Below, one piece after another: positions 1-10,002 of a DNA stretch of 64,000 nucleotides. A program made the translations under genes and the position numbers. The notes under the pieces were generated by a model, which had not been told where the DNA came from, did no database searches, and worked only from the letters and a program-made list of their open reading frames with translations. Positions within the stretch are counted from its first letter, which is position 1; each line of letters opens with the position of its first letter. The DNA comes from a virus, in IMG/VR virus record IMGVR_UViG_3300037067_020797, positions 1-64,000 of that record; one strand, given 5' to 3'.

Positions 1-25
1 TATAGTAAAATTTATCGGTAGCGGT

Positions 26-661
26 ATGAAAAATTATTTGCAACCAACAGGAGATTGGGAACGAATAGATTTTCTGACTGATAGTATTTTAGCTCCTCCG
101 ACACCACCAACGCCGATACCACCCCTCGCTATCGAACTAATCATGGCTGGTAATATATCGGCTAATACCGTTGAAATAATGTGTGTAACTAATAGAGAAA
201 CTAATTTAGTTATAAATTATGGTACGTTAAAAGAAGAATTAACTAATACAGCGGTTGATACTGTTTTTACTCCATATCATGATATAGCATTGTATGGTTT
301 AATTATGGAGCAACTTTACTATTTCCAAGCTGTTGTAACTGATATATATGGTAATGTTGTTTCGAGTAATATAGAAGAATTTTATACTTCTTCACAATAC
401 ACATTATCTCTTAATAACAAACTAACCGCAATTTTTGCATTTGCAAATAAGGTAAAATCATTATATGTATTTACCCCAAGCGGTCTTTATGGCGAATATG
501 AAGAAATACCACCGACTTGTACTGAAACATTTGATACAGGTTATGTAACTTTTTCAGGATTTAGTATAATTACAGAACCATATGAATTTGAAATTGGTCA
601 AACAGGTTATATGTATAATTGGAGTGGTATAATACATAATAATATAGCGGACTGGGCTTAA
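26..661 (+). CDS. hypothetical protein, possibly virion-associated
   Basis: Long ORF with a Pro/Thr-rich N-terminus. No recognisable motif. Tightly followed by the next ORF. Confidence 0.3.
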   Translation: MKNYLQPTGDWERIDFLTDSILAPPTPPTPIPPLAIELIMAGNISANTVEIMCVTNRETNLVINYGTLKEELTNTAVDTVFTPYHDIALYGLIMEQLYYFQAVVTDIYGNVVSSNIEEFYTSSQYTLSLNNKLTAIFAFANKVKSLYVFTPSGLYGEYEEIPPTCTETFDTGYVTFSGFSIITEPYEFEIGQTGYMYNWSGIIHNNIADWA

Positions 662-664
662 AAA

Positions 665-2143
665 ATGGATAAAAATATAAAACAAGAAAATAAAAGTTTT
701 ATCGATGTAAAAAAAGAATTAGTGATAGGCGGTGATGATTTAAACCTTTATGTTGATGCTTATATAGATGGAGAGAAAATTCTTAGTAAAAAATCAGATA
801 GTTTGTTGATAGGATTTTTACATTGTTTATTTTTACAAATGAATGGTTTTAATGATGATAGTATGCCAAATACAGATGTGGCAAGTGATCTAAATAGTGC
901 TAGTTCTAATGTGAATACACCTGTAAATATCACAAGTATTGCTTCTGGAATAAATGCTTGGTGTGTATGTACACTTTCCCCAGCAGTTGCTCCAAATCCT
1001 AGTTATGGAAAAGTAAGTATACAAGGTATACAAGGAACATCGCCTTTTCAAGATGGTTTTTATAATTATATAAAAGGAAGTTCTTCTTCAATAACTGTTT
1101 CCGGAACTTTATATGGTACTGGATACACCGCAAGTTCGGCTTCAGCGCGTATGACTACCACGTATTTGGGCTCTTGGACTATAAGTCCTTCTATAGAAAC
1201 ATTTTCTTCCCCATATCTTGTAATTGGAACTGGAACAGCTCCTGTAAGCTTATTAGATCCGAGCCTTGAAAAAGAAATACAAAGTGCAGCAACCACAGGA
1301 CGTTTAACTTACGGCACTACTGCTGTTTCAGACGAGTCTACTGATAGTATAAGTTCGCAAATAACTTTTACTCGTACTTTTACTAATAATACTTCTAGTG
1401 GTGTTGTAGTAAACGAAGTTGGATTATATGCAGACTATGGACATCATGATACCTCTTATACTCAACTTCAAATTTTATTAGCACGAGATGTCATATCTGG
1501 AGGCATAGAAGTAAGCACCGGTAAAGCTTTAACATTAAATTATCGCATTGTGTCCACTTTAACTACCGGAACAAATCCCGGTGGATTTACACAAATTTTT
1601 ATGCAATTACTACGACGACATTTTAAATCGACTACTCGAAATGCTAAAGATATTTTCAATGCTGATTCCACTTCTTCGTATGCCTCGGTAAGTACTTTTA
1701 AAGTAATCGAAGCTGGCGCGAATACACGGGCTATCACTTTTAATGAGGCTTGCGACGTGCCAGCGTGGAGACAAGGTATAGCGTTAGGAACATCGGCCGT
1801 TGCTGTTTCTGAGGATGATTTTTATCTTAATAGTATAATAGAACATGGTACAAGTACCGGGCAATTATATCATTATGGTACGGTCATTGATAACTGGGTA
1901 GCCTCCAGTGGAGTTTGTAGTTTTGATATAATACGTGTTTTTGAAAACGCATCTGGAGCCGATATAGATAATATTAACGAAATTGGATTAATAGTGGGAG
2001 GAAGTAATTCAACTAGCGATTCTGTTACTTATGAACATCCAAAGCAAAATTATATGATCGCCCGAAATGTGCTTTCGTCACCTGTTGCTGCAACAAATGG
2101 ACAAATGTTAAAAGTAACCTATACATTAAAGGTAATACTATAA
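665..2143 (+). CDS. Ser/Thr/Gly-rich fibre-like structural protein (putative)
   Basis: 492 aa, very S/T/G/N-rich with beta-strand-like repeats, as seen in phage fibre or receptor-binding proteins. No catalytic motif. Confidence 0.3.
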   Translation: MDKNIKQENKSFIDVKKELVIGGDDLNLYVDAYIDGEKILSKKSDSLLIGFLHCLFLQMNGFNDDSMPNTDVASDLNSASSNVNTPVNITSIASGINAWCVCTLSPAVAPNPSYGKVSIQGIQGTSPFQDGFYNYIKGSSSSITVSGTLYGTGYTASSASARMTTTYLGSWTISPSIETFSSPYLVIGTGTAPVSLLDPSLEKEIQSAATTGRLTYGTTAVSDESTDSISSQITFTRTFTNNTSSGVVVNEVGLYADYGHHDTSYTQLQILLARDVISGGIEVSTGKALTLNYRIVSTLTTGTNPGGFTQIFMQLLRRHFKSTTRNAKDIFNADSTSSYASVSTFKVIEAGANTRAITFNEACDVPAWRQGIALGTSAVAVSEDDFYLNSIIEHGTSTGQLYHYGTVIDNWVASSGVCSFDIIRVFENASGADIDNINEIGLIVGGSNSTSDSVTYEHPKQNYMIARNVLSSPVAATNGQMLKVTYTLKVIL

Positions 2144-2177
2144 TTGCTTTTTGTAAATAATTTACGTATAATAAAAT

Positions 2178-2567
2178 ATGAAATTTGCAGAAATACTTAT
2201 AATAAGAGAAGCATTAATGACGCTTGGGCAAGAACGGTTGCCTGTCGCTTATGAAATTGCAAAAAATATACGTATTTGTGATAAAATTATAACTGAGTCA
2301 AAAGAAATAGCAAATGAGGTTTATCTACGTTATGCTGACCGTGAAGAAAATGGCGATGTCAAAATGTACAAAAACGAACTTGGACAAGGTGTTGCAAAGA
2401 TTACTGACTCTATACGAGCCGCAGAATGTCAAGTTGAGTTAAACAAATTAGACTTAGAAGAACACGATGTATCATTTGTTAAATTTAATAAAAATATTTT
2501 AAAGGCCGAAAAATTATCGGCAGACATACTTATACCGTTAATTGATATAATTATTGTAGAAGAATAA
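2178..2567 (+). CDS. hypothetical protein
   Basis: ORF with consistent AT-rich codon usage. No motif. Confidence 0.35.
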   Translation: MKFAEILIIREALMTLGQERLPVAYEIAKNIRICDKIITESKEIANEVYLRYADREENGDVKMYKNELGQGVAKITDSIRAAECQVELNKLDLEEHDVSFVKFNKNILKAEKLSADILIPLIDIIIVEE

Positions 2568-2570
2568 TTT

Positions 2571-3260
2571 ATGAAAAAACGTTTTTACCCATTATGGTTT
2601 CTTATAATTTGTAATATATTGCTAGTTATAGGAACACTTTATATAACAAGACATGCAATAGATGATTTTGAATATACGGTATTTTCACAACGAAACCATT
2701 ACAAAACAAATGCCATAACAAAAATGGCAAATTTTTATTATCATTCTCCTGAATTCAAAAAAGAGAATGGAATTGGTTTAGGAAAATTTCTAACCAGAAC
2801 AGCCACTGATGAAGATGAAGGATACTTTCTATTTAAGTGGGAGCCAAAAAAAGGATTTCCTATTTTGTATATAGGAGGTAATAAAACTTTTCAAAAATAT
2901 TATAATGCAGATAACTTTATTAAGGCTATAGACTTATCAGATAGTTTAAAAATAATAAATAAATCTCAATTTAATGAATTACTTTTTAAGTTATATAGTT
3001 ATCAAACTACTAATGATTTATCTCCAACAATAATTACTCAAAGAAATGGATTAAGATATTTATTAACTTGGGTTATAATACCCGCGCCTAATTCAAAAGA
3101 TGCGGAATTTTTATGTTTAGTTTTCACACCAACAACAACAATAGACGATTTAGTTGCAAGTACGAAGTTAAGGTACATATGGTTATTTAGCGGAGCAACA
3201 GCGTTATCTGGAATCATGTTAGTATTGATACCGTTGGTTCTCAGAAAATTCAGTAAATAA
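2571..3260 (+). CDS. membrane protein (N- and C-terminal hydrophobic helices)
   Basis: Hydrophobic segments at both ends (LWFLIICNILLVIGTLYI, GIMLVLIPLVL). Confidence 0.35.
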   Translation: MKKRFYPLWFLIICNILLVIGTLYITRHAIDDFEYTVFSQRNHYKTNAITKMANFYYHSPEFKKENGIGLGKFLTRTATDEDEGYFLFKWEPKKGFPILYIGGNKTFQKYYNADNFIKAIDLSDSLKIINKSQFNELLFKLYSYQTTNDLSPTIITQRNGLRYLLTWVIIPAPNSKDAEFLCLVFTPTTTIDDLVASTKLRYIWLFSGATALSGIMLVLIPLVLRKFSK

Positions 3261-3655
3261 TGGTAGACACTTTATACACACTACAAATAATGTTAACAAG
3301 TATATTAGGTGGTATTGTAAGATATTTATCAGAGTTCTTAATCAAAACACAAGAACTTGATAAATTATCGTTAGGACTCATGGTTATTCATGCATTAGTT
3401 GGAGTATTCGCAGGATATATGTCGTTTTTAGTAGTAAGCGCGTTTACAACAGCAGAAATAGCTGGAATTCTTGCCGCTGGATTAGGTTCATTTGGGGGCT
3501 ACGGTACATTAATTTGGTTAGTAAAACAAATGAAAAAGAAACTTGTTCTTATGGATAAATCAGAATTTAGTGAATATCAAGAAAAACAAAAAAAGTCTTT
3601 TGATGATGGACAAAAAAGAGCTCTTGATAGACATAATAAGAGGATTAAGAAATGA
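3260..3655 (+). CDS. putative holin
   Basis: 131 aa with 2-3 predicted transmembrane helices followed by a highly charged Lys/Glu-rich C-terminal tail. Lies upstream of an amidase. Start overlaps the previous stop. Confidence 0.4.
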   Translation: MVDTLYTLQIMLTSILGGIVRYLSEFLIKTQELDKLSLGLMVIHALVGVFAGYMSFLVVSAFTTAEIAGILAAGLGSFGGYGTLIWLVKQMKKKLVLMDKSEFSEYQEKQKKSFDDGQKRALDRHNKRIKK

Positions 3656-4269
3656 GTATATTAGATTTTTTAAAGACATATCAGCTTTATATCTTTATTA
3701 CTATTGCTGCAGCACTTTTAGGTTGGCATTTTTTAGCAATCAAATCCGCTGTAGATAAGAATAATGCTGAATGGATAGAACGTATTAATAATGCACCAGT
3801 ACAAACAAAAACAGATACAATATTTGTTTTTGTTCCACAACAAAATACTGGCGGACAAGGGTACGGCACAATTGTTTATGCACAAACTACAAAAATTGAT
3901 TCGCTAATAGCTGCCAGTAATAATAAAGATGATTTGATTAGAACATTGGCAAGTAAAAAAACTTATGACACCACCATGGTGGATTTGGGACATTTATACT
4001 TAGGATATGATCCAATTCCTAATTTATTTTCTTGGTCACTTACAGATAGACCTCCAATAAAAAATGAAGTTATTACAGTAATAAGGGATCATTTAGTTCC
4101 AGTACCATTTTACACTTGGGGAATAGGTTCTAATGTTAATGGTGTGGGTTCTGTGTTTGCTGGTGTGAGAAAACGTTTTGACGATATCATTATAGAAGCC
4201 AATTATCACATAGCTGGACCGTCAGTTGGAAATAATTGGAATGTAGGAATAAGTTGGTATTTTTATTGA
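3652..4269 (+). CDS. membrane-anchored protein, lysis-cassette associated (putative)
   Basis: N-terminal signal-anchor helix, then a soluble domain. Sits between the holin-like and amidase genes. Confidence 0.3.
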   Translation: MSILDFLKTYQLYIFITIAAALLGWHFLAIKSAVDKNNAEWIERINNAPVQTKTDTIFVFVPQQNTGGQGYGTIVYAQTTKIDSLIAASNNKDDLIRTLASKKTYDTTMVDLGHLYLGYDPIPNLFSWSLTDRPPIKNEVITVIRDHLVPVPFYTWGIGSNVNGVGSVFAGVRKRFDDIIIEANYHIAGPSVGNNWNVGISWYFY

Positions 4270-4276
4270 GAGTAGT

Positions 4277-4585
4277 ATGTTAGAATACATTAAAAAAACA
4301 TTTATAAATATTATAGAATTTTTTATTTCTGCTGTAGCAGAAAAAAATGATATGCAAAATGGTTTTGGTTATCGTTATAAATTATCGTTAGGCCGATCTT
4401 CATGGATAGCATGGTTTTATGCTACTATCTATTTTACATTTAACGGTATTATACTGTCTTATTTATGGTATTTAGTGGGGTTATCTTGTTTAGGTTATGT
4501 AATTGGATCCAAATATATTATTACTAATATTGGTGGTGCTTCACGAACCGAGATAGCTACATGGGATAACGAAGAACATGTTTAA
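4277..4585 (+). CDS. small membrane protein
   Basis: Two hydrophobic helices. Start overlaps the next gene. Confidence 0.3.
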   Translation: MLEYIKKTFINIIEFFISAVAEKNDMQNGFGYRYKLSLGRSSWIAWFYATIYFTFNGIILSYLWYLVGLSCLGYVIGSKYIITNIGGASRTEIATWDNEEHV

Positions 4586-5201
4586 ATGGTTTTTTAATTT
4601 ATTTAAAAAGAAGAAAGACGCTACTCTGCCTATTACAACATCAGAGATAGAAATAACAATGCCAAAAGAAGAAAAAAATTTAACAATTACAGATGTAAGT
4701 GATTCTCTTCCTTGGAATACCAATGGGCAAAGATGGAATAAAAGAAAAGAATCACAAATTAAAAGAATTGTTATACATCAAAGTTTAGGCACCAAAACTG
4801 TAAAAGATACTAATACTTATTGTATTAAGAATTCCCCTAATATGTCGTTAGGAAGAGGCATGCCAAAAATTCCATATCATTATTTTATAGAACCAAATGG
4901 TAAAATTTATAAATGTAATAAACATAGTGATCTAACTTCACATGTAAAAAACATGAATACAACATCACTTGCTATTTGTCTTGGAGGTTTTTATAATTAT
5001 ATAGAAAATGGTAAAATTATAAAAGGACGAGATGGGGATCCACCAGAAATACAGATTCAATCATTAGAATGGTTAACCAACTATTTAATAAAACTGTTAA
5101 AATTAACAACAAAAGATGTGTACACACACGACGAATTGCAGGGCAAGACTTGCTGTCCAGGTACAGCAGGTGCCATATTTGTAAAGAACCTTAAGGAATA
5201 A
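4578..5201 (+). CDS. N-acetylmuramoyl-L-alanine amidase, amidase_2/PGRP family (T7 lysozyme-like endolysin)
   Basis: RIVIHQS start motif. Conserved His/Cys zinc ligands. C-terminal ...HDELQGKTCCPG resembles the PGRP K-x-CPG signature. Confidence 0.55.
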   Translation: MFKWFFNLFKKKKDATLPITTSEIEITMPKEEKNLTITDVSDSLPWNTNGQRWNKRKESQIKRIVIHQSLGTKTVKDTNTYCIKNSPNMSLGRGMPKIPYHYFIEPNGKIYKCNKHSDLTSHVKNMNTTSLAICLGGFYNYIENGKIIKGRDGDPPEIQIQSLEWLTNYLIKLLKLTTKDVYTHDELQGKTCCPGTAGAIFVKNLKE

Positions 5202-5202
5202 T

Positions 5203-6375
5203 ATGAAAAAGTTAGCAACACTACAGTATGACGTTACCGACTTAGTTACGGCCGGACAAATCGATTACTTAATAGAGGTAACAAAAGGAAAGGACGAGTT
5301 GGTAAAAAATGCACATATTCCCTCGTTAGAAGAAACCGAAGAAATGCCGGATGAAAAGTTTGCTTTAATATTATATCATCCACACATCGGTAAAATGAAA
5401 AAACTTGCGATGAGTGATAAATACATCACTGAACTCAATATGCGTATTTTTGAAGATCGCATAAATTCGCTTCCAGAAAAGCTGGTAAAAGTGGCAGCCT
5501 ATCATTTAGCTAAAGCTGCTAAATATTACAAATTAACTGTACCAGAAAGTATCAAAAAATATGCTGAAGAAAAACCTGTGAGTAACTGGGTTAACATAGC
5601 CGAATTAAAGGCTACTTCGGTAAAGGTAGCCAGTGAAAATATAAAATATGCGTTGGGTAATAAATATCCAATTCATACTGCTCAGTTGGTAAAGAAAGCT
5701 ATGTCTTATTTTGCGGATCATTGGAAAAGATTCTCACCTCTTAATGCTTTTGAATATGCAGTTAATGTAAAAATTGCTGCAGATAAATTAGGTGTGGACT
5801 ACAAAGGAACCCGCATAGAAAAATATGCACATATATCTCCTGCTAAACTTAGTCCATTATTTAAAGCAGCAGTCGCCGCGCGTAAAGGATATGTAACAGA
5901 AGACAATCGCCAAATATTTGATGACTTAATTAAAGAAGCTTCTACATTAGGAACAGTTAAAACTGCCAAAGCTCTTGAAGCAATAGACCGTGAATTAGGA
6001 TTAAATCGTGAATGGAACAAATCCATAGAAGATCCTGTATTTACAGTTTTTGATACTACTGTAGAAAAAACCGCAAGAGAATCTGGTACTGAGATTAATC
6101 TCGAGTCGCTACGAAAACTGCCAAATGGTTTAGTAGATGATGCCACATTAAAAGATTTAAAGAGCGATGAAGGGTTAGAAGTATTTGCTTCTTTACCAAC
6201 ACCGGTAAGACAAAAACTTGCCAAGGCTATGGAAACAGACGAAAGAGGCAAAGGTGGGGGTATAGTAGACAAAGTAATACCAACACAAAATAGACCAACA
6301 AAGTCGGGTAACCCAACTAAGGACGAACCGACATCTAAAGTACTATCAGCAATAGACAATGGAATGAAACCGTGA
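5203..6375 (+). CDS. hypothetical protein
   Basis: 390 aa, helical, Lys/Glu-rich. No motif. Possibly scaffold-like. Confidence 0.35.
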   Translation: MKKLATLQYDVTDLVTAGQIDYLIEVTKGKDELVKNAHIPSLEETEEMPDEKFALILYHPHIGKMKKLAMSDKYITELNMRIFEDRINSLPEKLVKVAAYHLAKAAKYYKLTVPESIKKYAEEKPVSNWVNIAELKATSVKVASENIKYALGNKYPIHTAQLVKKAMSYFADHWKRFSPLNAFEYAVNVKIAADKLGVDYKGTRIEKYAHISPAKLSPLFKAAVAARKGYVTEDNRQIFDDLIKEASTLGTVKTAKALEAIDRELGLNREWNKSIEDPVFTVFDTTVEKTARESGTEINLESLRKLPNGLVDDATLKDLKSDEGLEVFASLPTPVRQKLAKAMETDERGKGGGIVDKVIPTQNRPTKSGNPTKDEPTSKVLSAIDNGMKP

Positions 6376-6878
6376 TTAGTTTATTATTTGTTTTTATTAA
6401 TCTCGCCATAATATCAATTTATGATATATGGAAAATGTCTAAAAGTGAATTTCTTTATTGGGGTTACGGGGATTTACCTGGTTTTTACAATCCTGAAGCG
6501 TCCGAAGCTGCATCATTAAGCCAATTTGCTTTTTGGTATTTTTATGTTGTTGTCGGTGCATTTTTATTATTTTCTCCGTTAACAGCATTATTAAATATTT
6601 TCGCTATCATATTTCTTCATTGGTGTGGGATAGAAGATTTAGGTTATTTTTTATTCGCACGATGGATTAAATTACCACCAAAATATTTAGCGACTCATCC
6701 ACAAATTAAAATATTGGGATTTGGAATACCTGAAACACTTCCTTGGTTGGCAAAACCAAGAAAAATTGGGCCCCTGATTATACCAAGTATTATAGGCTGG
6801 TTATGTGGAGATCAAGTACCAGCTAAGAAATTTTTAGCATTAACCATAAGTGCGATATTACTTATTATTATATTATGA
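6372..6878 (+). CDS. multi-pass membrane protein
   Basis: Several hydrophobic helices. Confidence 0.35.
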   Translation: MISLLFVFINLAIISIYDIWKMSKSEFLYWGYGDLPGFYNPEASEAASLSQFAFWYFYVVVGAFLLFSPLTALLNIFAIIFLHWCGIEDLGYFLFARWIKLPPKYLATHPQIKILGFGIPETLPWLAKPRKIGPLIIPSIIGWLCGDQVPAKKFLALTISAILLIIIL

Positions 6879-7381
6879 GTCGACAAGACGAGCTTTTAGA
6901 ATTAGTCAAAGAAAATGATGTTCTTGAACCAGACACTATTAGACAACTTTACCCAGATCTATCGGAAGAGGAGTTTAATAAAGTTATGGCTATTAAAGTT
7001 GTCAAACACACGAGACAATTTTGGGAGAATTTTTATGCCTTTGAAGATATTGTATTAGCTCTTAATGATTTAACTCCAGATTTTAGTTTGTTAGAAGGTG
7101 TAACTCCTGAGCAAATTTGGTATGCAATACAACTTGTAGATCAAATTCGCCCTGGAATGGAATATTCAAAGGAAGTACAGTTATATATTAAATGGAATTG
7201 CAATGAAGCAGGGGTTTATATCTACCCCCCATCTGTGGGGCTGGATAACCCATATTACGAGGCAGCGAAAACGCTGTCAGAACAGGGTCCCTTCCCGTTA
7301 GGAGAAGCAACCGCTGTAGAAGTACAAGCAGGAAAATATTTAAATATTTTAGAATATCTAAAGGAAAAAGCAAATGGCTAA
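6875..7381 (+). CDS. hypothetical protein
   Basis: ORF with overlapping start and stop on both sides, consistent with an operon. Confidence 0.35.
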   Translation: MSRQDELLELVKENDVLEPDTIRQLYPDLSEEEFNKVMAIKVVKHTRQFWENFYAFEDIVLALNDLTPDFSLLEGVTPEQIWYAIQLVDQIRPGMEYSKEVQLYIKWNCNEAGVYIYPPSVGLDNPYYEAAKTLSEQGPFPLGEATAVEVQAGKYLNILEYLKEKANG

Positions 7382-9344
7382 TTTACCGTATCCCGATATG
7401 CAGTTGGGTGGCACAGATGCTCAAGCATTAGCTACCACCCGTCTTGTTTATCCGAATCCGTTTCTCGATTTGTCGAGATTTTTTATGCCGCGAACAGTTA
7501 AGTCTTTACTTAAACTTTGCCGCATATTTTTTTATCGTAATGAGTTTGTAAACAATGTTATAACGAAACTCGCAGAATACCCAATTACCGAATTAATGAT
7601 TGAGGGAATTGAAGACGAAAAAGTAAAACATGAATACTGCGAATTAATAGATCATAATATAAATATTAAACGATTACTAATTGAAATCGGTTTAGATTAT
7701 TTTACCTATGGTAATTGCTTTGTATCTATAAATATGAAATTTAAACGTTTTTTAAAATGTCCTACCTGTGGCGAAGAGACGCCAGTTGAGCGCACAAAAT
7801 ATTTATGGAGAGATTATACTTTTGTAGGTGATTGTCCTCGCTGTGGTAGTAAGAGTATAATTTTTAAAGTCGAAGATCGACCGTTAAAAAATGCCAAATA
7901 TTTTAAATTTATTAGATGGTCTCCAGAGAATATAGCTATAGATCATGATGAGCTTACTGGAGAAAACCGTTATTATTATGACATGCAGCCATATACTAAA
8001 AAAGCAATTATTGATGGCAAGCGGGAAGTTCTCGAACGCACTCCAATGTTATTTATCGAAGCTGTAAAACATAATCGTAAAATTGTATTAGATCCAAATA
8101 ATTTATATCATTTCAAACGTGCCACACTTGCAGAAGAAGATCAAGGTTGGGGTAAACCTTTAATACTATCTGCATTACCAATGTTGTGGTATATGCAAAC
8201 TTTACGACGTGGTAATGAGGCTATTGCAGCTGATCATTTAGTACCAATGCGATCAATCTTCCCAAGTTCACAAGGAAACATAGATCCATTTACACAGATG
8301 AATTTAGGTGCATGGCGTTCAGTAGTAGAAGACAATTTAGGTCGCTGGCGAAGAGACCCAAATCATATAGCTATTTTTCCAATACCATTAGGTTATCAAG
8401 GTTTAAGTGGTGATGCAAAAATGCTACAAGTAACACCAGAATTAAAATTCCTTGAAGAGTTAATAATTAACTCATTTGGTGTACCTACTGAATTTATTAA
8501 AGGCGGTGCTACTTGGACAAGTAGTAGTGTTAGTTTACGTATAGTTGAAAATCATTTTTTAACTTATCGAGAAGAAATACATGACTTTCTAAATTATTTT
8601 GCAGGCCCAAAAATTTCAGCATTTTTAGATTTTCCTCCTGTTAAATTTACATTGAAAAAATTTAGAATGAGTGATGATATACAAACTAAAGAAGCGTTAA
8701 TACAGTTAGCGCAACTTGGTAAAATTTCAGATTCTTACTTACAAGTAGAATTTGGACTCGATCCAAATGAACAAAAGAAATATCAGAAGACTGATAATAA
8801 AACCAATATTGATTTATCTATGGATCAATTGCTAGCTCAGGCTGAAGCGCAAGGCAAAACAATGGTAATTCAAGCACGTTATCAAGCTAAAGCTTTAGAA
8901 GCCCAAGCTGAGGAAGCCGCACGAATACGTGAACGTTTATTTGAAATAGAATTAAAACAAGAAATGCAAGCACCGGATCAAGATCCAAGCGATATTTTAC
9001 AAAAATATACAGCGCAAATTGCAGGAATGGATCCAGCTACACAACAACAGACTCTTATGATGTTGCAACAGAAAACTCCTTTAACATTTAGTTTCTTAAT
9101 GCAAAGATTACAAGGACAAATTTCCGCGGTACCTGAACAACAAGCAGAAATGCAGATGAAACAAATGGATCAACAAACTGAACAAATTAGACAGCAAGGG
9201 GAGGTTGCAAAACAACAAGAAGCACAAAAAACTGAGGCTGTGAAACAAAGGCATGAAGAGAAGAAATTAGAATTGGACGAAAAAAGATGGCAACATCAAA
9301 AAGAAGTTCAAAAATCGCAAAAAAGTAAAAAGGCAACAAAATGA
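7374..9344 (+). CDS. large hypothetical protein with an internal zinc ribbon and a Gln/Glu/Lys-rich coiled-coil tail
   Basis: CPTCGEE...CPRCGSK zinc ribbon. The C-terminal 200 aa are low-complexity QEAK-rich. Possibly a virion protein. Confidence 0.35.
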   Translation: MANLPYPDMQLGGTDAQALATTRLVYPNPFLDLSRFFMPRTVKSLLKLCRIFFYRNEFVNNVITKLAEYPITELMIEGIEDEKVKHEYCELIDHNINIKRLLIEIGLDYFTYGNCFVSINMKFKRFLKCPTCGEETPVERTKYLWRDYTFVGDCPRCGSKSIIFKVEDRPLKNAKYFKFIRWSPENIAIDHDELTGENRYYYDMQPYTKKAIIDGKREVLERTPMLFIEAVKHNRKIVLDPNNLYHFKRATLAEEDQGWGKPLILSALPMLWYMQTLRRGNEAIAADHLVPMRSIFPSSQGNIDPFTQMNLGAWRSVVEDNLGRWRRDPNHIAIFPIPLGYQGLSGDAKMLQVTPELKFLEELIINSFGVPTEFIKGGATWTSSSVSLRIVENHFLTYREEIHDFLNYFAGPKISAFLDFPPVKFTLKKFRMSDDIQTKEALIQLAQLGKISDSYLQVEFGLDPNEQKKYQKTDNKTNIDLSMDQLLAQAEAQGKTMVIQARYQAKALEAQAEEAARIRERLFEIELKQEMQAPDQDPSDILQKYTAQIAGMDPATQQQTLMMLQQKTPLTFSFLMQRLQGQISAVPEQQAEMQMKQMDQQTEQIRQQGEVAKQQEAQKTEAVKQRHEEKKLELDEKRWQHQKEVQKSQKSKKATK

Positions 9345-9535
9345 TTAAATACAGTGATATGATAAATATAAAATCAACAATCACCGGAGAAATAAAGACT
9401 ATCCCTGCTACTGATGTAAAAAAATTGTTAATTCCAGATGGAGAGAAAACTGGAGAAAAAATAGAATGGAAGGTTATAGATGAGGAAAGTGGAAGTATTC
9501 GAACTATCGGATCCAAAAGACAAGAAGAGATATGA
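9341..9535 (+). CDS. small hypothetical protein
   Basis: 64 aa ORF overlapping the upstream stop. Confidence 0.3.
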   Translation: MIKYSDMINIKSTITGEIKTIPATDVKKLLIPDGEKTGEKIEWKVIDEESGSIRTIGSKRQEEI

Positions 9536-9630
9536 AGAATTATTAAATGACTCTACTGTTGAGGTGTATGATAAAGAATTTGGTTATATGAAAGATGGAA
9601 CACCAAAAATTGTAATATGGTATGAACAAG

Positions 9631-9659
9631 AGGGCGCCTGATTTAAGCGCCCTTTTTTG
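9631..9659 (+). terminator. intrinsic terminator (hairpin AGGGCGC-ctgatttaa-GCGCCCT followed by TTTTTTGT), possibly bidirectional
   Basis: Perfect 7-bp GC stem followed by a T-run. Sits between convergent genes. Confidence 0.6.
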
Positions 9660-10002
9660 TTAGATCAATACAAGTTGAAAGATAAATTAAAATAGTAGGA
9701 ATGTAATACCCTATAGCAAAAAAACCTAATACACATGCCAACATTCTGGCCCCGCCCATATGAATTATTTGTACTGGATTTATAATACACCCATTTGCAT
9801 ACTGCATTGTGATAAAACCATAAAATGAAATAAAAGAAATTTCTTTCCTGCCTATAACATACCTAAGTAATAAACTAATCATTAAAAGTTCAAATAGGGC
9901 TGCTATAACAAACAAGGTTGGTAATGTATACCCTATTGCAGCTCCAATTAAAAATACAATAACTGTATAAGAAATTCTATATTTCATGTGGTTTTTAACC
10001 AT
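9643..10002 (-). CDS. membrane protein
   Basis: Multiple hydrophobic helices. Confidence 0.35.
   Translation of the reverse strand: MVKNHMKYRISYTVIVFLIGAAIGYTLPTLFVIAALFELLMISLLLRYVIGRKEISFISFYGFITMQYANGCIINPVQIIHMGGARMLACVLGFFAIGYYIPTILIYLSTCIDLTKKGA

Noticed and set aside
1066-1737. Minus-strand ORFs 1066..1296 and 1540..1737 inside the fibre-like gene.
   Set aside because: Antisense to a long coherent ORF. No start context.
5799-6359. 186-aa minus-strand ORF inside 5203..6375.
   Set aside because: Antisense and Ser/Leu-rich low complexity. The sense ORF has better operon context.
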